Source of the DNA: Acidobacteriota bacterium
Lineage (GTDB): Bacteria > Acidobacteriota > Blastocatellia > RBC074
Length of the DNA stretch: 38,649 nt
Assembly (NCBI GenBank): GCA_031414155.1
Contig: JANNUY010000064.1
Span: 1-38,649, forward strand
Reading direction: 5' to 3'
Below, in pieces: positions 16,410 to 25,802 of the stretch; the first letter of the stretch is position 1; the number at the start of each line of letters is the position of its first letter. The notes under the pieces are model-generated. The model had not been told where the DNA came from. It worked only from the letters and a program-made list of their open reading frames with translations, and made no database searches. A program made the translations under genes and the position numbers.

Positions 16410-17099
16410 TTATCTGTCGCGCACGATTTGCCCGTCGCGCATTTCAATCGTTCGATTGGCAACGGCTGCCGCTTCGGGGTTGTGCGTAATCATCACAATG
16501 GTTTGCCGCAACTCACGATTGAGTTTTTGCAGCATATTCAAAACGATTTCAGAGTTTTCTGAATCCAGATTGCCGGTCGGCTCATCCGCCAGAATGATCG
16601 CAGGGTTGGTAATGATCGCGCGCGCAATGGCGACTCGCTGTTGCTCGCCGCCTGATAATTCCAGCGGCTTGTGTTTCATTTTATTTTCCAAACGCAGCAA
16701 CTGCAACACCTCGCGGCGACGGGTTTCGTCAGCACCGGTTTGTTTTCCGTGAATGTGTTCGGCCAGCTTCAGGTTCCCTTCCGCCGTTAGCGTAGGGAAA
16801 AGATTGAATCGCTGAAACACAAAGCCGATTTTGCGACGGCGCATATCTGTTCGCCCCGCGTCGGTCATTTGCGCCAGGTCTTCGCCATCCACTACGACCT
16901 TGCCCGAAGAGGGTTGCAACATTCCGCCCAGAATGTTCAACAACGTAGACTTCCCGCAACCCGACGGCCCCATCACCGCGATGAACTCGCCCGTGGGCAC
17001 AGTCAGATTGACGCCGCGCAAAGCGTTTACGTCCACTTTGCCTACGCGGTAAGTCATCATCAGGTTTTCAGTTTGAAGAATTGCGTTCATTACCGCCAT
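16410..17099 (-). CDS. ABC transporter ATP-binding protein (MacB/LolD/FtsE-like)
   Basis: Walker [11 protein letters not shown]-loop, signature [14 protein letters not shown] and Walker [12 protein letters not shown]. Confidence 0.9.
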   Translation of the reverse strand: MAVMNAILQTENLMMTYRVGKVDVNALRGVNLTVPTGEFIAVMGPSGCGKSTLLNILGGMLQPSSGKVVVDGEDLAQMTDAGRTDMRRRKIGFVFQRFNLFPTLTAEGNLKLAEHIHGKQTGADETRRREVLQLLRLENKMKHKPLELSGGEQQRVAIARAIITNPAIILADEPTGNLDSENSEIVLNMLQKLNRELRQTIVMITHNPEAAAVANRTIEMRDGQIVRDR

Positions 17100-17151
17100 T
17101 TTAACGAGACACCTGTCAGTTCAAGCCGCCATGTGTTGTTTAATCGTAAAG

Positions 17152-18258
17152 CTAATCATAAGACAGGGCCTTCACGGGGTCCTGATTCGCCGCGCGTATC
17201 GCCGGATATAAAGCCCCCAGTGCGCCTGCCCCCAGCCCGATCAAAGCCGCGCGCAGCACCCAACTCCAATGAAATTCGAGTTGCAAGGTCGTCACCCGTT
17301 CCAGCACCCAGCCTGCGCCTAGTGCAATTACCAAGCCAGCGATGACGCCGATGAGGCTGATGAGCAGGGCTTCCTTTTCGATTACGGAAACGATGTACCG
17401 CTTGGACGCCCCCAGCGATTTCAGGATACCGATTTCCCGCGTACGCTCCGTGATAGTCGTATACATCGCCAGCAAAATGACCAACAGGCTGACCACGACT
17501 GAAAGTGCAACGACCGAATTCACAAAACCATTCAAGCCGGGGATTTGCCGCTCCGCCCCCAGTCCAAGATCGCGGGTGAGCAATATGCCGTTGCCTGGCA
17601 GTGCAGCGTCAATGCGGCGCTGTACTTCTTCCTGCTGCGCGGGATTTTGCACTTTAACCATGATAAAAGTGCATTTGTTTTCTAGCCCCTGATAACTTTG
17701 CAACACCGCCAACGGCAACTTGATACGCGAGCCGATGGACGGGGCATAAATGCCTGCAACTTTCATCGTGTGGCCGAAAACTTCGATCTCGCTGCCTACG
17801 CCCAGCTTGCTGTGCGTAGCCTTAAAGTCGTCAATGATGACTTCGTTGTCGCCCTGAAAGACGCGGCCTTCGACAATTTGCAGCCCTGTGACCGCCGCGT
17901 AACTGGCGTAATCAATCGCGTCTACGAGCTCGACTCCTAAGCCGGTTTTGCCACGTTGTGTGTAAAGTCCAATCGGCGAAACCGTCTTAACACCTTCGAT
18001 TTTCAAAAGCCTTTCGACATACGCTGTATCGGTTGGCAAAGTAGACGCAGGCGAAAGAAACGACCCTGTGCGACCAAACTGGATTTCCGCACCTACGCGT
18101 TGCTCGCGCTGCACGCGGTCGTTGAGCATCCCGCGCACCAGCCCCGTATTGATGAGAATCAGGATGACGCCAAGAGCTACGCCCGCCACGCTCACCAGAG
18201 CGCGCACGGGGCGCTGTCGCAAATTGGCTACGGCCAAACTTTCCATAAGACTGTCCAT
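17152..18258 (-). CDS. ABC transporter permease, MacB/LolC/FtsX-type (N-terminal TM, periplasmic domain, C-terminal FtsX 3-TM bundle)
   Basis: [25 protein letters not shown] ... large extracytoplasmic segment ... [19 protein letters not shown] (FtsX hallmark). Confidence 0.85.
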   Translation of the reverse strand: MDSLMESLAVANLRQRPVRALVSVAGVALGVILILINTGLVRGMLNDRVQREQRVGAEIQFGRTGSFLSPASTLPTDTAYVERLLKIEGVKTVSPIGLYTQRGKTGLGVELVDAIDYASYAAVTGLQIVEGRVFQGDNEVIIDDFKATHSKLGVGSEIEVFGHTMKVAGIYAPSIGSRIKLPLAVLQSYQGLENKCTFIMVKVQNPAQQEEVQRRIDAALPGNGILLTRDLGLGAERQIPGLNGFVNSVVALSVVVSLLVILLAMYTTITERTREIGILKSLGASKRYIVSVIEKEALLISLIGVIAGLVIALGAGWVLERVTTLQLEFHWSWVLRAALIGLGAGALGALYPAIRAANQDPVKALSYD

Positions 18259-18261
18259 AGC

Positions 18262-19215
18262 CTACTTCACCGGCTTATCCAGATCGGTTTCTGGCAGGTT
18301 CTCTTTGTTCTCCAAGACGAAAGCCGTTTGCGGCAATTCAGGATTCAATTCAAAGTTTTCCGGGCTAAAACTGAACCGCGCGCCGTATCCATCGTGCGGA
18401 CGCGAAACCAACACCACAGTCGGCAACGTAGCAGCATTCGCTTCGCCCATCTTTTGATAATTCGTATACGTGACTTCTGTCAGCAGTTCGCCGCGCCCAT
18501 CAAAAAGCTGTTGCCGACGGAATTGCAAATTGTCCGTTCGATCAAACCAAAAACGGCGCAGCGTTTGCGCCTGCCCATTGTCAGCCAGCTTCAATTCAGA
18601 AACTACGTAATAGCTCCGCAAAACCCGTGTCGGAGTTTTCTGATTGGGCTTTAGGTCGGACTCTTCCTGCAATTGCTCTTCCAAACTGTAAGCATACCCG
18701 CTCTCTCCCATTCGCAGCGGGCGCATCAGCATCGAGTCGGTGAAATGAAAGGGGCGCGCATTCGCCAACGCGCTTTGCTTGTCTTTACCCAAACGTTCGC
18801 GCCACTGCGAGTAATCAGCATCGTTGGTTCCCAAAATGAACGAAAGGCGTTCCTGATAAACTGCCACCTTAAAATGATTGGCTTCAGAAACCATTTCAGC
18901 GACGCGCGATTTGGTGACAGGAATTTGAATGATCAGGCGAATGCGGTCAGGGCGTTGCAAAACGACTATGGCATCGGCATCGCGCCAACGCGACTCGGCT
19001 TGCGGTTCGATAAAACGCAACGCGATCCGCGAAGCGCGCAAGGATTGCACTTCAGTAAAAGGTTTGAGTTGCGCGAACAACTGATTCAAATCTGCTGAAG
19101 CGACCGGCGTAACCATACGCGGAATCGAACTGTCGCTCACCTTCGCCAGCTTGGCACACCCCGCCAAACCTAAACTCAAAAACAACATCGCCACAATAAA
19201 AAAGCTGCGAGACAA
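18262..19215 (-). CDS. lipoprotein, possibly LolA/LolB-fold (DUF4292-like)
   Basis: I prefer the TTG start at 19215, preceded by GGGAGG 5 nt upstream. This gives MSRSFFIVAMLFLSLGLAGC, a textbook lipobox signal. The track ORF starts at ATG 19278. The family call is tentative. Confidence 0.55.
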   Translation of the reverse strand: MSRSFFIVAMLFLSLGLAGCAKLAKVSDSSIPRMVTPVASADLNQLFAQLKPFTEVQSLRASRIALRFIEPQAESRWRDADAIVVLQRPDRIRLIIQIPVTKSRVAEMVSEANHFKVAVYQERLSFILGTNDADYSQWRERLGKDKQSALANARPFHFTDSMLMRPLRMGESGYAYSLEEQLQEESDLKPNQKTPTRVLRSYYVVSELKLADNGQAQTLRRFWFDRTDNLQFRRQQLFDGRGELLTEVTYTNYQKMGEANAATLPTVVLVSRPHDGYGARFSFSPENFELNPELPQTAFVLENKENLPETDLDKPVK

Positions 19216-19739
19216 TGAAGCCTCCCACCGTTGCGTGCGGGGATTCTGAGGGTGCGAAATGCCGTAAAAACCGTTCATATGGGGCGCAAAATAAGTCCAT
19301 TCGGGAAGCTAACAGTTAGGGACGCGCCTTGTCAACGCGCGGTTTCTCAATGATTTCAGTGTGTTTATCAACTTAACTCCTACGCATTTTTTGCGGCTTC
19401 TTTGCTTGAACTAATCCGACACGCTCGGCACTCATACCAAAACGTGAGGCGCTCCTACCGATTGGGATGAAGAATCCGTGTTCAAGCAATTCGCTTCTCT
19501 GGTCTAAATAACTCGCCGACAGTCAAAACTCCTTTGTCGTTAGCAGTTAGCCAGAAATTCACTAGGCGTTTGCCGCTGTGGCACGAGCCTTGAATTAGTC
19601 TTGTACGTCGGGAAGGAGTTGATTGAAAAACAAACGGTTTCTAACAAGCAGAAACCGCAAGAGAGAAGTTGGGAGGATAGTCTTGAAGTGGAGCCAGAAA
19701 AGCGCGGCCTGATGAATAAGAAGTAGGAGGATAAAGGCT

Positions 19740-20141
19740 ATGAAACGCAATACCTGGTTAGTGGTTGTTTTGACAATTTTGCTGATGGCGCTGATGACGG
19801 GACTAACGGCTTTCGCCGATACCCGCTATAGCGAACGCGAGATACGCGACATCGCCCAGCGCAACGGTTACGCATACGGCTTGCGCGAAGGTCGTGAAGA
19901 CCGGCGCGATTGGCGTTCTGCCGATTTTCGTCGCGACCGCATTTACCGCGAAGCAATGCAAGGCTATCGGGACGCTTTTGGTGATGAAGAAGATTATCGG
20001 CAAGCGTTCCGGCAAGGCTTTGAAAACGGCTACCGCAACGGCTTCGGACGCAGCGGTGGCTGGGGTGGCGGACGTTGGGACAATTGGGATCGTGACAATT
20101 GCAACGTATACGACCGTTATCGCAACCGCAGGCGTCGCTAA
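19740..20141 (+). CDS. small secreted Arg/Asp/Gly/Tyr-rich low-complexity protein (133 aa)
   Basis: AGGAGGATAAAGGCT precedes the ATG. The signal peptide is MKRNTWLVVVLTILLMALMTGLTAFA. The mature part is built of Y/F-R-x-G-F/Y motifs (GYRDAFG, FRQGFENGYRNGFGRSGGWGGGRWDNWDRD) and ends in RNRRRR. Confidence 0.6.
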   Translation: MKRNTWLVVVLTILLMALMTGLTAFADTRYSEREIRDIAQRNGYAYGLREGREDRRDWRSADFRRDRIYREAMQGYRDAFGDEEDYRQAFRQGFENGYRNGFGRSGGWGGGRWDNWDRDNCNVYDRYRNRRRR

Positions 20142-20293
20142 CGCCTAATAAGTTCTTTGCAAGATCGGCGCGCGGAGGAGAGCAAGGGGGTATTTCGGAG
20201 CTACGGATCGCCCGCAGTTTTCTGAAATCTTTCTCTAACGCGCGTCCGTAACATTCCCCGCGACCTCGCTTTTAGGGCGTGATCGCGCCGGAA

Positions 20294-20365
20294 AAAACGC
20301 CGTCCGACAGACGTAAAGGGGGCTGAGAGAAATTGTTCTTTCGGTGTTCTGTCGGACGGCGTTTT
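20294..20365. terminator. 17-bp perfect stem with a 38-nt loop; canonical terminator on the minus strand (U6 tail), weaker on the plus strand
   Basis: aaaacgccgtccgacag (20294..20310) pairs with ctgtcggacggcgtttt (20349..20365). The minus-strand reading ends ...GGCGTTTTTTCC. Confidence 0.5.
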
Positions 20366-20738
20366 GCTTTTCAGTTTGTCCATAAATATGAACTATGTTT
20401 AGATTTATGGAACGCGACAGCCTAACTGTCTACTAATCGTGAATTCTTTATACTGCACGTTCCACTCTAAGTTATTGACCAATATGGCCTTCAGCTACTT
20501 CAATTGAACTGTTAATAATAGCGACCACATCCAAGTTTACGGGCATAAACCTTGCCTCACATCCTCCGTTGCAGTCACTACTTACAAATTACCTTTCTGT
20601 TACCCAAAATGTTGATGTAGCCTTTTAGAAAAATGCTTGCTGGGCTTTTAGATTTCTGACCCGATTAGGCTAAGTAAAGGTGCTTGAAAACATTGTAACG
20701 GAGTTTTTCGCAAAAACGTTATCAGGAGGATTTTTCAC

Positions 20739-23700
20739 ATGCCACTCATTCGTGCTTTCTGGCAAAACGCTTCAGTGTTGATTTGCGTCTGCGTGCTGTC
20801 AATCATTGCCGTTGGTCAGAATACTTCTGTTTCTGGTTCGATCACCGATCCGCAAGGCAATGCCATTGCGGGTGCGACAATCACGCTGACAAATAGAGCT
20901 ACGAGAGCGACACGCACGTTGACTTCAACTGGCGATGGCTCATACCAAATTGCTCAGGTTGTCCCGGGACTCTACGATCTTCGAAGCGAAGCCAAAGGGT
21001 TCAAAACTGTTGTCACTGAGAACGTTCAAGTGTTGGTTAGTACCCCACTCACGTTGAATATCACCTTCACCGAAGTTGGAGGCGTAACCGATGTCGTCAC
21101 GATTACCGGTGGAGAATCGGTACTGAATACGACCGATGCCACGCTGGGTAACACTTTCGATAATCGCAAAGTCGTTGATTTGCCGTTGAACGCTCGCAAC
21201 GTAGTAGGCCTGCTCTCATTGCAACCAGGCGTAACAACAACCGGACAAGTAAACGGTGGACGTTCTGACCAAGCCAACGTGACGCTCGATGGCATTGACG
21301 TGAATGAACAACAAGGCGGCAGAGCATTTTTTAGCGTGTTACGTACGACGCCTGATTCGTTGCAAGAATTTCGCGTCACCACGACCAATCCCAATGCCGA
21401 TCAAGGACGCTCATCGGGCGCGCAAATCGCGTTGGTGACGAGATCCGGCACGAATGAGTTTCACGGCTCGCTATACGAATACAACCGTAACACAGCTACG
21501 ACAGCGAACGATTGGTTCAACAACAAAGCTGGACGTTACGTCGCGACAGACTTTCCCGTACTTGTCGGCCAAGCCCGCGCTGGTGACGAAAGAGTGCAAC
21601 GTCCTAAATTGATTCGCAACAACTTTGGCGGCGCGGTAGGCGGCCCCATCAAAAAAGACAAACTGTTTTTCTTTGTCAATTACGAAGCCTTCCGCGAACG
21701 CGCTGAAAGCTCGGTCGTCCGCGAAGTCCCAACGGCTGCGTTTGGCGCGGGCATTGTCCGTTACCGCACCGAAAACGGTGCCAGCGATGCGAGTTGCCCA
21801 GCAGGCACGCCGACGGGCGTACGTTGTTTGACGCGCGCGCAAGTTTCTCAGGCTTATGTTGCTGCAAACGGAATTGACCCCGGCACAAATCCCGCCGTCT
21901 TTGCCGCTTTGGCAAGCGCCTCGCGCCGTTACGCGGTTAACGATTCAACGATTGGCGACGGTTTGAACACGGGCGGATACCGCTTCAATGCAGCGACGCG
22001 CGATGATCAAAACACCTACATCGGACGCCTTGATTACAACTTGGCTCAAAATCACATTTTGAGCGGACGTTTCAATTATCAGAACGATAAGGGAACCGCT
22101 ACGTCTCGTTTCCCTGACACGGTTTCGGCTCCGACCTGGACGCATCCGAAAGGTTTCGCAATCAATCATGCGTGGACGATCAACAATTCGTTGGTCAATA
22201 ACGCGCGCTATGGTTTGACCCGCGACGCCTTCACTGTGGGCGGCGATTCGCAGGAAAATTCCGTCATCTTCCGGTTTGTCTTCCAACCGTTGAACTTTTC
22301 GCGCGCGTTGAGCCGCACGACGCCGGTGCATAACGTAGTTGACGATCTTTCCTGGACAAAAGGAACTCATTCACTGCAATTTGGCGCGAACATGCGCTTC
22401 ATCAGCAACAACCGTAATGGTTTCGGCTCATCTTTCGATACTGCCAGTTTGAACCCGTCGTTCTATGACGGTTCGGGCGACGTAGTTCTTTTCAATGACG
22501 ACGGCGATGATATCTTTGCCAACGTCGCTTCCAGCTTTTCGGTAGATTTGCGCGATGCCTTGACGACAGCTATTGGCCGATTTTCAGGATATGCCGCGAA
22601 TCTGGCGTATGGCGCTGACGGCAATCTGCAAGCGTTGGGCAGCGGTATTCAACGTACGTTCAAAACGCAGGAATACGAATGGTACGCTCAAGATAGCTGG
22701 CGCGCTCGTTCTAATCTGACCCTTTCTTATGGCGTGCGTTGGTCAACTTCGACGCCTGTCTATGAAGCCAACGGTGTGCAAGTCGCTCCGACGCCAAAGC
22801 TGGGAGATTTCTTTGATCAGCGCGTAGCAGGTTCCAACACCGGCAAACCTTTTAATGGGCTGATCAGCATTGATAGGGCAGGCAAGGCAAACAATCGCCC
22901 TGGTTATTACCAGCAAGACTGGAATAACTTTGCGCCTTCAGTTTCTGCCGCTTGGTCGCCTCGTTTCAAAAATGGCTTGTTGAACGGCATCTTTGGCGAA
23001 AACAAAACGACCTTGCGTGGTGGCTTCCGCATCACCTATGACCGTTTTGGCAGTGCGCTCGCGGTGGCATTTGACCAGCTTTCAACGCTGGGCTTTCTTT
23101 CAACACAACAAATTGCGGCCAACACTTATAACGTCAGCACTCGTCTGGCTCCGCAATTTACTGGCTTCGGTCAATCCATTCGTAACCTGCCGCGTCTGAC
23201 CATACCGGGACAATTGAAATTCCCATTGCAAACGCCCGATGACGAAGACCAACGCATCGAACAATCGTTAGATGCAGCGCTGAAAACCCCGTACAATTAT
23301 AGTTTCAATCTGTCGCTGGCCCGTGAAATCGGCAAAGGCTATTCGTTTGAAGCCAGCTACGTGGGACGTATCGGACGCAACCTGTTGATTTCGCGTGACG
23401 TTGCCCACCAGAACAACCTGCGTGATCCGCGCTCCGGCGTAGACTTTTATACGGCAATGCGCCAATTGATCGGCTTGCGCGATCAAAACTCTTCGATCAC
23501 TTCTGTCGGTTCAATTCCTTACTTCGAGAACCTTTTCCCAGGTTTGGCTGGCAATTACAGCGTGCTTGGAGCGACGACTCGCTTGACCGCTTCGCAAGCG
23601 GCTTATCGTCGCGTCGCCAAAGGCGCTGTCGGCGGACGCAACACCACCGATTACACTTTCGTGCAATTGCTGTGGGATGACGGTTTGGGGGCAGGCAACA

Positions 23701-24572
23701 ACCTGTTCTTCCATCCGCAATACGCGACCTTCGCGGCTTATTCGACGCTGGGTACGTCGGATTTCAACTCCGCGCAGTTGAGTATTCGCAAACGGTTCGA
23801 CAAAAATCTTAGTTTCGATTTTAACTACACGTTGAGCCATTCGTTGGATACGGCTTCGGGCAATGAAGCCTCCGGCGCTATTTCGTCGGGCGCTTCGCTC
23901 ATTTTGAATCCGCTCGATTTGAATGCGAATCGTTCCACTTCTGACTTCGACATTCGCCACCAGATCAATGCGAACTATGTTTTCGCGCTGCCTTTTGGCA
24001 ATGGACAAAAGTTTTTCGGCAAAAGCAGCGGCCCAATCAATGCGATTTTGGGTGGCTGGCAAACGACTGGTATCGTCCGCTGGAACACCGGACGCGCTGC
24101 CGGGCAGCCGTTTGACGATGGTCGTTGGGCGACGAACTGGAACGTGCAATCAAATGGCGTTGCCGTTAAATCGCTCGTTTCATCTCCTACCCGCACAGGC
24201 GATCCGAACCTGTTCGGCGACACCAAAGCCGCTTACAGCAGCTTCCGCAATGCCTATCCAGGTGAACAAGGTGACCGCAATACGCTGCGTTTTCCCAGCT
24301 ACGCTGTGTTCGACATGGGATTGTATAAATCCTGGGGATTGCAAAAGCTGGGGATGAGCGAGCAAAGCCGCTTGCAGTTCCGTTGGGAAGTTTACAACCT
24401 GACGAACACGCAACGCTTCACGGGCATTGCCAACTTCCGCTTGGGTCAAGACCCGTTCTTGAATCCTAACTCTGCACCTGCTGATTTCGGTCGTTTTACG
24501 GGTACGCAAGTACGCCCGAACGAAAACAGCGCTGCTCGCGTGATGCAATTCGCATTACGGCTGGAGTTCTAA
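20739..24572 (+). CDS. TonB-dependent receptor-like outer-membrane protein with an N-terminal carboxypeptidase-regulatory-like domain
   Basis: AGGAGGA RBS and a signal peptide. VSGSITDPQGNAIAGATITLTN...GDGSYQIAQVVPGLYDL is CarboxypepD_reg. A plug-like segment (DLPLNARNVVGLLSLQPGV...NVTLDGIDVNE) is followed by a long beta-barrel ending in ...FALRLEF (terminal Phe). Confidence 0.85.
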   Translation: MPLIRAFWQNASVLICVCVLSIIAVGQNTSVSGSITDPQGNAIAGATITLTNRATRATRTLTSTGDGSYQIAQVVPGLYDLRSEAKGFKTVVTENVQVLVSTPLTLNITFTEVGGVTDVVTITGGESVLNTTDATLGNTFDNRKVVDLPLNARNVVGLLSLQPGVTTTGQVNGGRSDQANVTLDGIDVNEQQGGRAFFSVLRTTPDSLQEFRVTTTNPNADQGRSSGAQIALVTRSGTNEFHGSLYEYNRNTATTANDWFNNKAGRYVATDFPVLVGQARAGDERVQRPKLIRNNFGGAVGGPIKKDKLFFFVNYEAFRERAESSVVREVPTAAFGAGIVRYRTENGASDASCPAGTPTGVRCLTRAQVSQAYVAANGIDPGTNPAVFAALASASRRYAVNDSTIGDGLNTGGYRFNAATRDDQNTYIGRLDYNLAQNHILSGRFNYQNDKGTATSRFPDTVSAPTWTHPKGFAINHAWTINNSLVNNARYGLTRDAFTVGGDSQENSVIFRFVFQPLNFSRALSRTTPVHNVVDDLSWTKGTHSLQFGANMRFISNNRNGFGSSFDTASLNPSFYDGSGDVVLFNDDGDDIFANVASSFSVDLRDALTTAIGRFSGYAANLAYGADGNLQALGSGIQRTFKTQEYEWYAQDSWRARSNLTLSYGVRWSTSTPVYEANGVQVAPTPKLGDFFDQRVAGSNTGKPFNGLISIDRAGKANNRPGYYQQDWNNFAPSVSAAWSPRFKNGLLNGIFGENKTTLRGGFRITYDRFGSALAVAFDQLSTLGFLSTQQIAANTYNVSTRLAPQFTGFGQSIRNLPRLTIPGQLKFPLQTPDDEDQRIEQSLDAALKTPYNYSFNLSLAREIGKGYSFEASYVGRIGRNLLISRDVAHQNNLRDPRSGVDFYTAMRQLIGLRDQNSSITSVGSIPYFENLFPGLAGNYSVLGATTRLTASQAAYRRVAKGAVGGRNTTDYTFVQLLWDDGLGAGNNLFFHPQYATFAAYSTLGTSDFNSAQLSIRKRFDKNLSFDFNYTLSHSLDTASGNEASGAISSGASLILNPLDLNANRSTSDFDIRHQINANYVFALPFGNGQKFFGKSSGPINAILGGWQTTGIVRWNTGRAAGQPFDDGRWATNWNVQSNGVAVKSLVSSPTRTGDPNLFGDTKAAYSSFRNAYPGEQGDRNTLRFPSYAVFDMGLYKSWGLQKLGMSEQSRLQFRWEVYNLTNTQRFTGIANFRLGQDPFLNPNSAPADFGRFTGTQVRPNENSAARVMQFALRLEF

Positions 24573-24595
24573 AACGTAAAGCGGTTGCAGCTAAC

Positions 24596-24634
24596 AAAAA
24601 GGCCGCGTAGCTCAAAACTACGCGGCCTTTTTTT
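24596..24634. terminator. rho-independent terminator (bidirectional) between the TonB-receptor gene and cofD
   Basis: aaaaAGGCCGCGTAG-ctcaaaa-CTACGCGGCCTtttttt. Confidence 0.85.
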
Positions 24635-24666
24635 GTTCTCACTATTTTAGGGAAACAATTCGTACC

Positions 24667-25611
24667 TCACCGCCGGACTTGCAACTCTTTAACAGCCTGC
24701 ATCGTGAAAAGCGCGAGTGCATACTTCTCTGCCGCGCCGCTCATCACAGTGTTCGTGACGAAAACCTTCAGCCCCAGTTTTTCAATCTCTTCTTTCAGGT
24801 CGGCGTCTTGTTGGTCAATGATGAAACCGTCTATGAGATTGGCGTAAATCTGCGCTACGCCGAGCGCCGTCGCGGGTGAGCCGGTTTGCGCGAGCATCCG
24901 GTCTGCCGGGCCTTTGAGGGCTTGGCCTTTGATGATCGGACTGATGGCGATTTTCGGCGCAGAGGCTTGCTCGATCAGTTTGCGCACGCCGGGCACGGTG
25001 AGTATTGGGCCAATGCTGATGAGCGGGTTGCTGGGGCAGATCACGATGGCTTCGGCACTGACAATCGCGTCAGTCGTTTCAGGCGTTGGCATCGCGTCAT
25101 CAATATTTTCAAAACGAATTTCCTGCACGACAGGCTGCGCGCGATGGCGGATGAGGTATTCCTGAAAGTGCATTGCTCCCTGATCGGTCACAATTGTCGT
25201 TGGCACAAAGGCATCGGTCACCGGCAGTATGCGCACACCGACGCCCAGCAATTCGCCGATGTGCCGCGTGATTTCAGTGAGCGTTTTGCCGCGCCGCAAT
25301 TGATCAGTGCGATAAATATGCGTTGCCAGATCACGGTCGCCCAGATTGAACCAGCGTTCGCTGTCATAAAGCCTAACCAGCGAATCAAGGCCATAAAACG
25401 TATCGTTCACTAACCCCCAACCAGTCACCGGATTCACGAGACCGGCCAGCGTATAAGTCACGATGTCTACGTCAGGAGAAATGTGCAGACCAAACATTTG
25501 AATGTCATCGCTGGTGTTGACGATGACGGAAAGGTACTCAGATGGCATCACGCGCACCAAGCCTTCTAACAGCTTGGCTGCGCCGACACCTCCGGCAAGA
25601 GCAGTAATCAT
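24667..25611 (-). CDS. cofD: 2-phospho-L-lactate (LPPG):FO transferase CofD/FbiA
   Basis: MITALAGGVGAAKLLEGL...VIVNTSDDIQMFGLHISPDVDIVTYTLAG...WGL..DTF is the CofD family signature. Confidence 0.88.
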   Translation of the reverse strand: MITALAGGVGAAKLLEGLVRVMPSEYLSVIVNTSDDIQMFGLHISPDVDIVTYTLAGLVNPVTGWGLVNDTFYGLDSLVRLYDSERWFNLGDRDLATHIYRTDQLRRGKTLTEITRHIGELLGVGVRILPVTDAFVPTTIVTDQGAMHFQEYLIRHRAQPVVQEIRFENIDDAMPTPETTDAIVSAEAIVICPSNPLISIGPILTVPGVRKLIEQASAPKIAISPIIKGQALKGPADRMLAQTGSPATALGVAQIYANLIDGFIIDQQDADLKEEIEKLGLKVFVTNTVMSGAAEKYALALFTMQAVKELQVRR

Positions 25612-25659
25612 TTTGAGTTAGGGGAAATGTAACTTGCCCGCCATCGCGCCTTGTCACAA

Positions 25660-25702
25660 CGTCGCCTGATCGCAATAAATGATCGCAATGAATCAGGCGA
25701 CG
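25660..25702. repeat. 11-bp inverted repeat enclosing a 10-nt direct repeat, in the cofE-cofD spacer
   Basis: cgtcgcctgat (25660..25670) pairs with atcaggcgacg (25692..25702). tgatcgcaat occurs twice (25667..25676 and 25680..25689). Confidence 0.5.
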
Positions 25703-25802
25703 ATTGATCGGCAGACGAATGCGCAACGTTAACGCGAGCTTGTTACGGGGATTTGTTTTTTTCCTTCCTGTGGGGATGGGAAACGAAACCACAGTGCAGT
25801 TA

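Noticed and set aside
16267-18654. Plus-strand ORFs 16267..16752, 16869..17345 and 17956..18654
   Set aside because: They are antisense to ABC ATPase and permease genes that have unambiguous Walker and FtsX motifs.
19579-19593. Sigma-54-like sequence TGGCAC-N5-TTGA about 145 nt upstream of the 133-aa gene
   Set aside because: The -24 element is perfect, but the -12 element lacks the conserved GC (TTGA instead of TTGC). No enhancer-binding protein gene is nearby. A single near-match is expected by chance.
20311-20348. GGGGGCTGAGAG in the hairpin loop, resembling the CUGAGA core of a TPP riboswitch
   Set aside because: The rest of the THI-box (ACCC...GAACCTGATCNGGNTAATNCCNGCG) is absent. No thiamine gene follows it.
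20201-20383. 60-aa minus-strand ORF
   Set aside because: It is composed largely of the two arms of the 17-bp hairpin and has no RBS. It is most likely non-coding.
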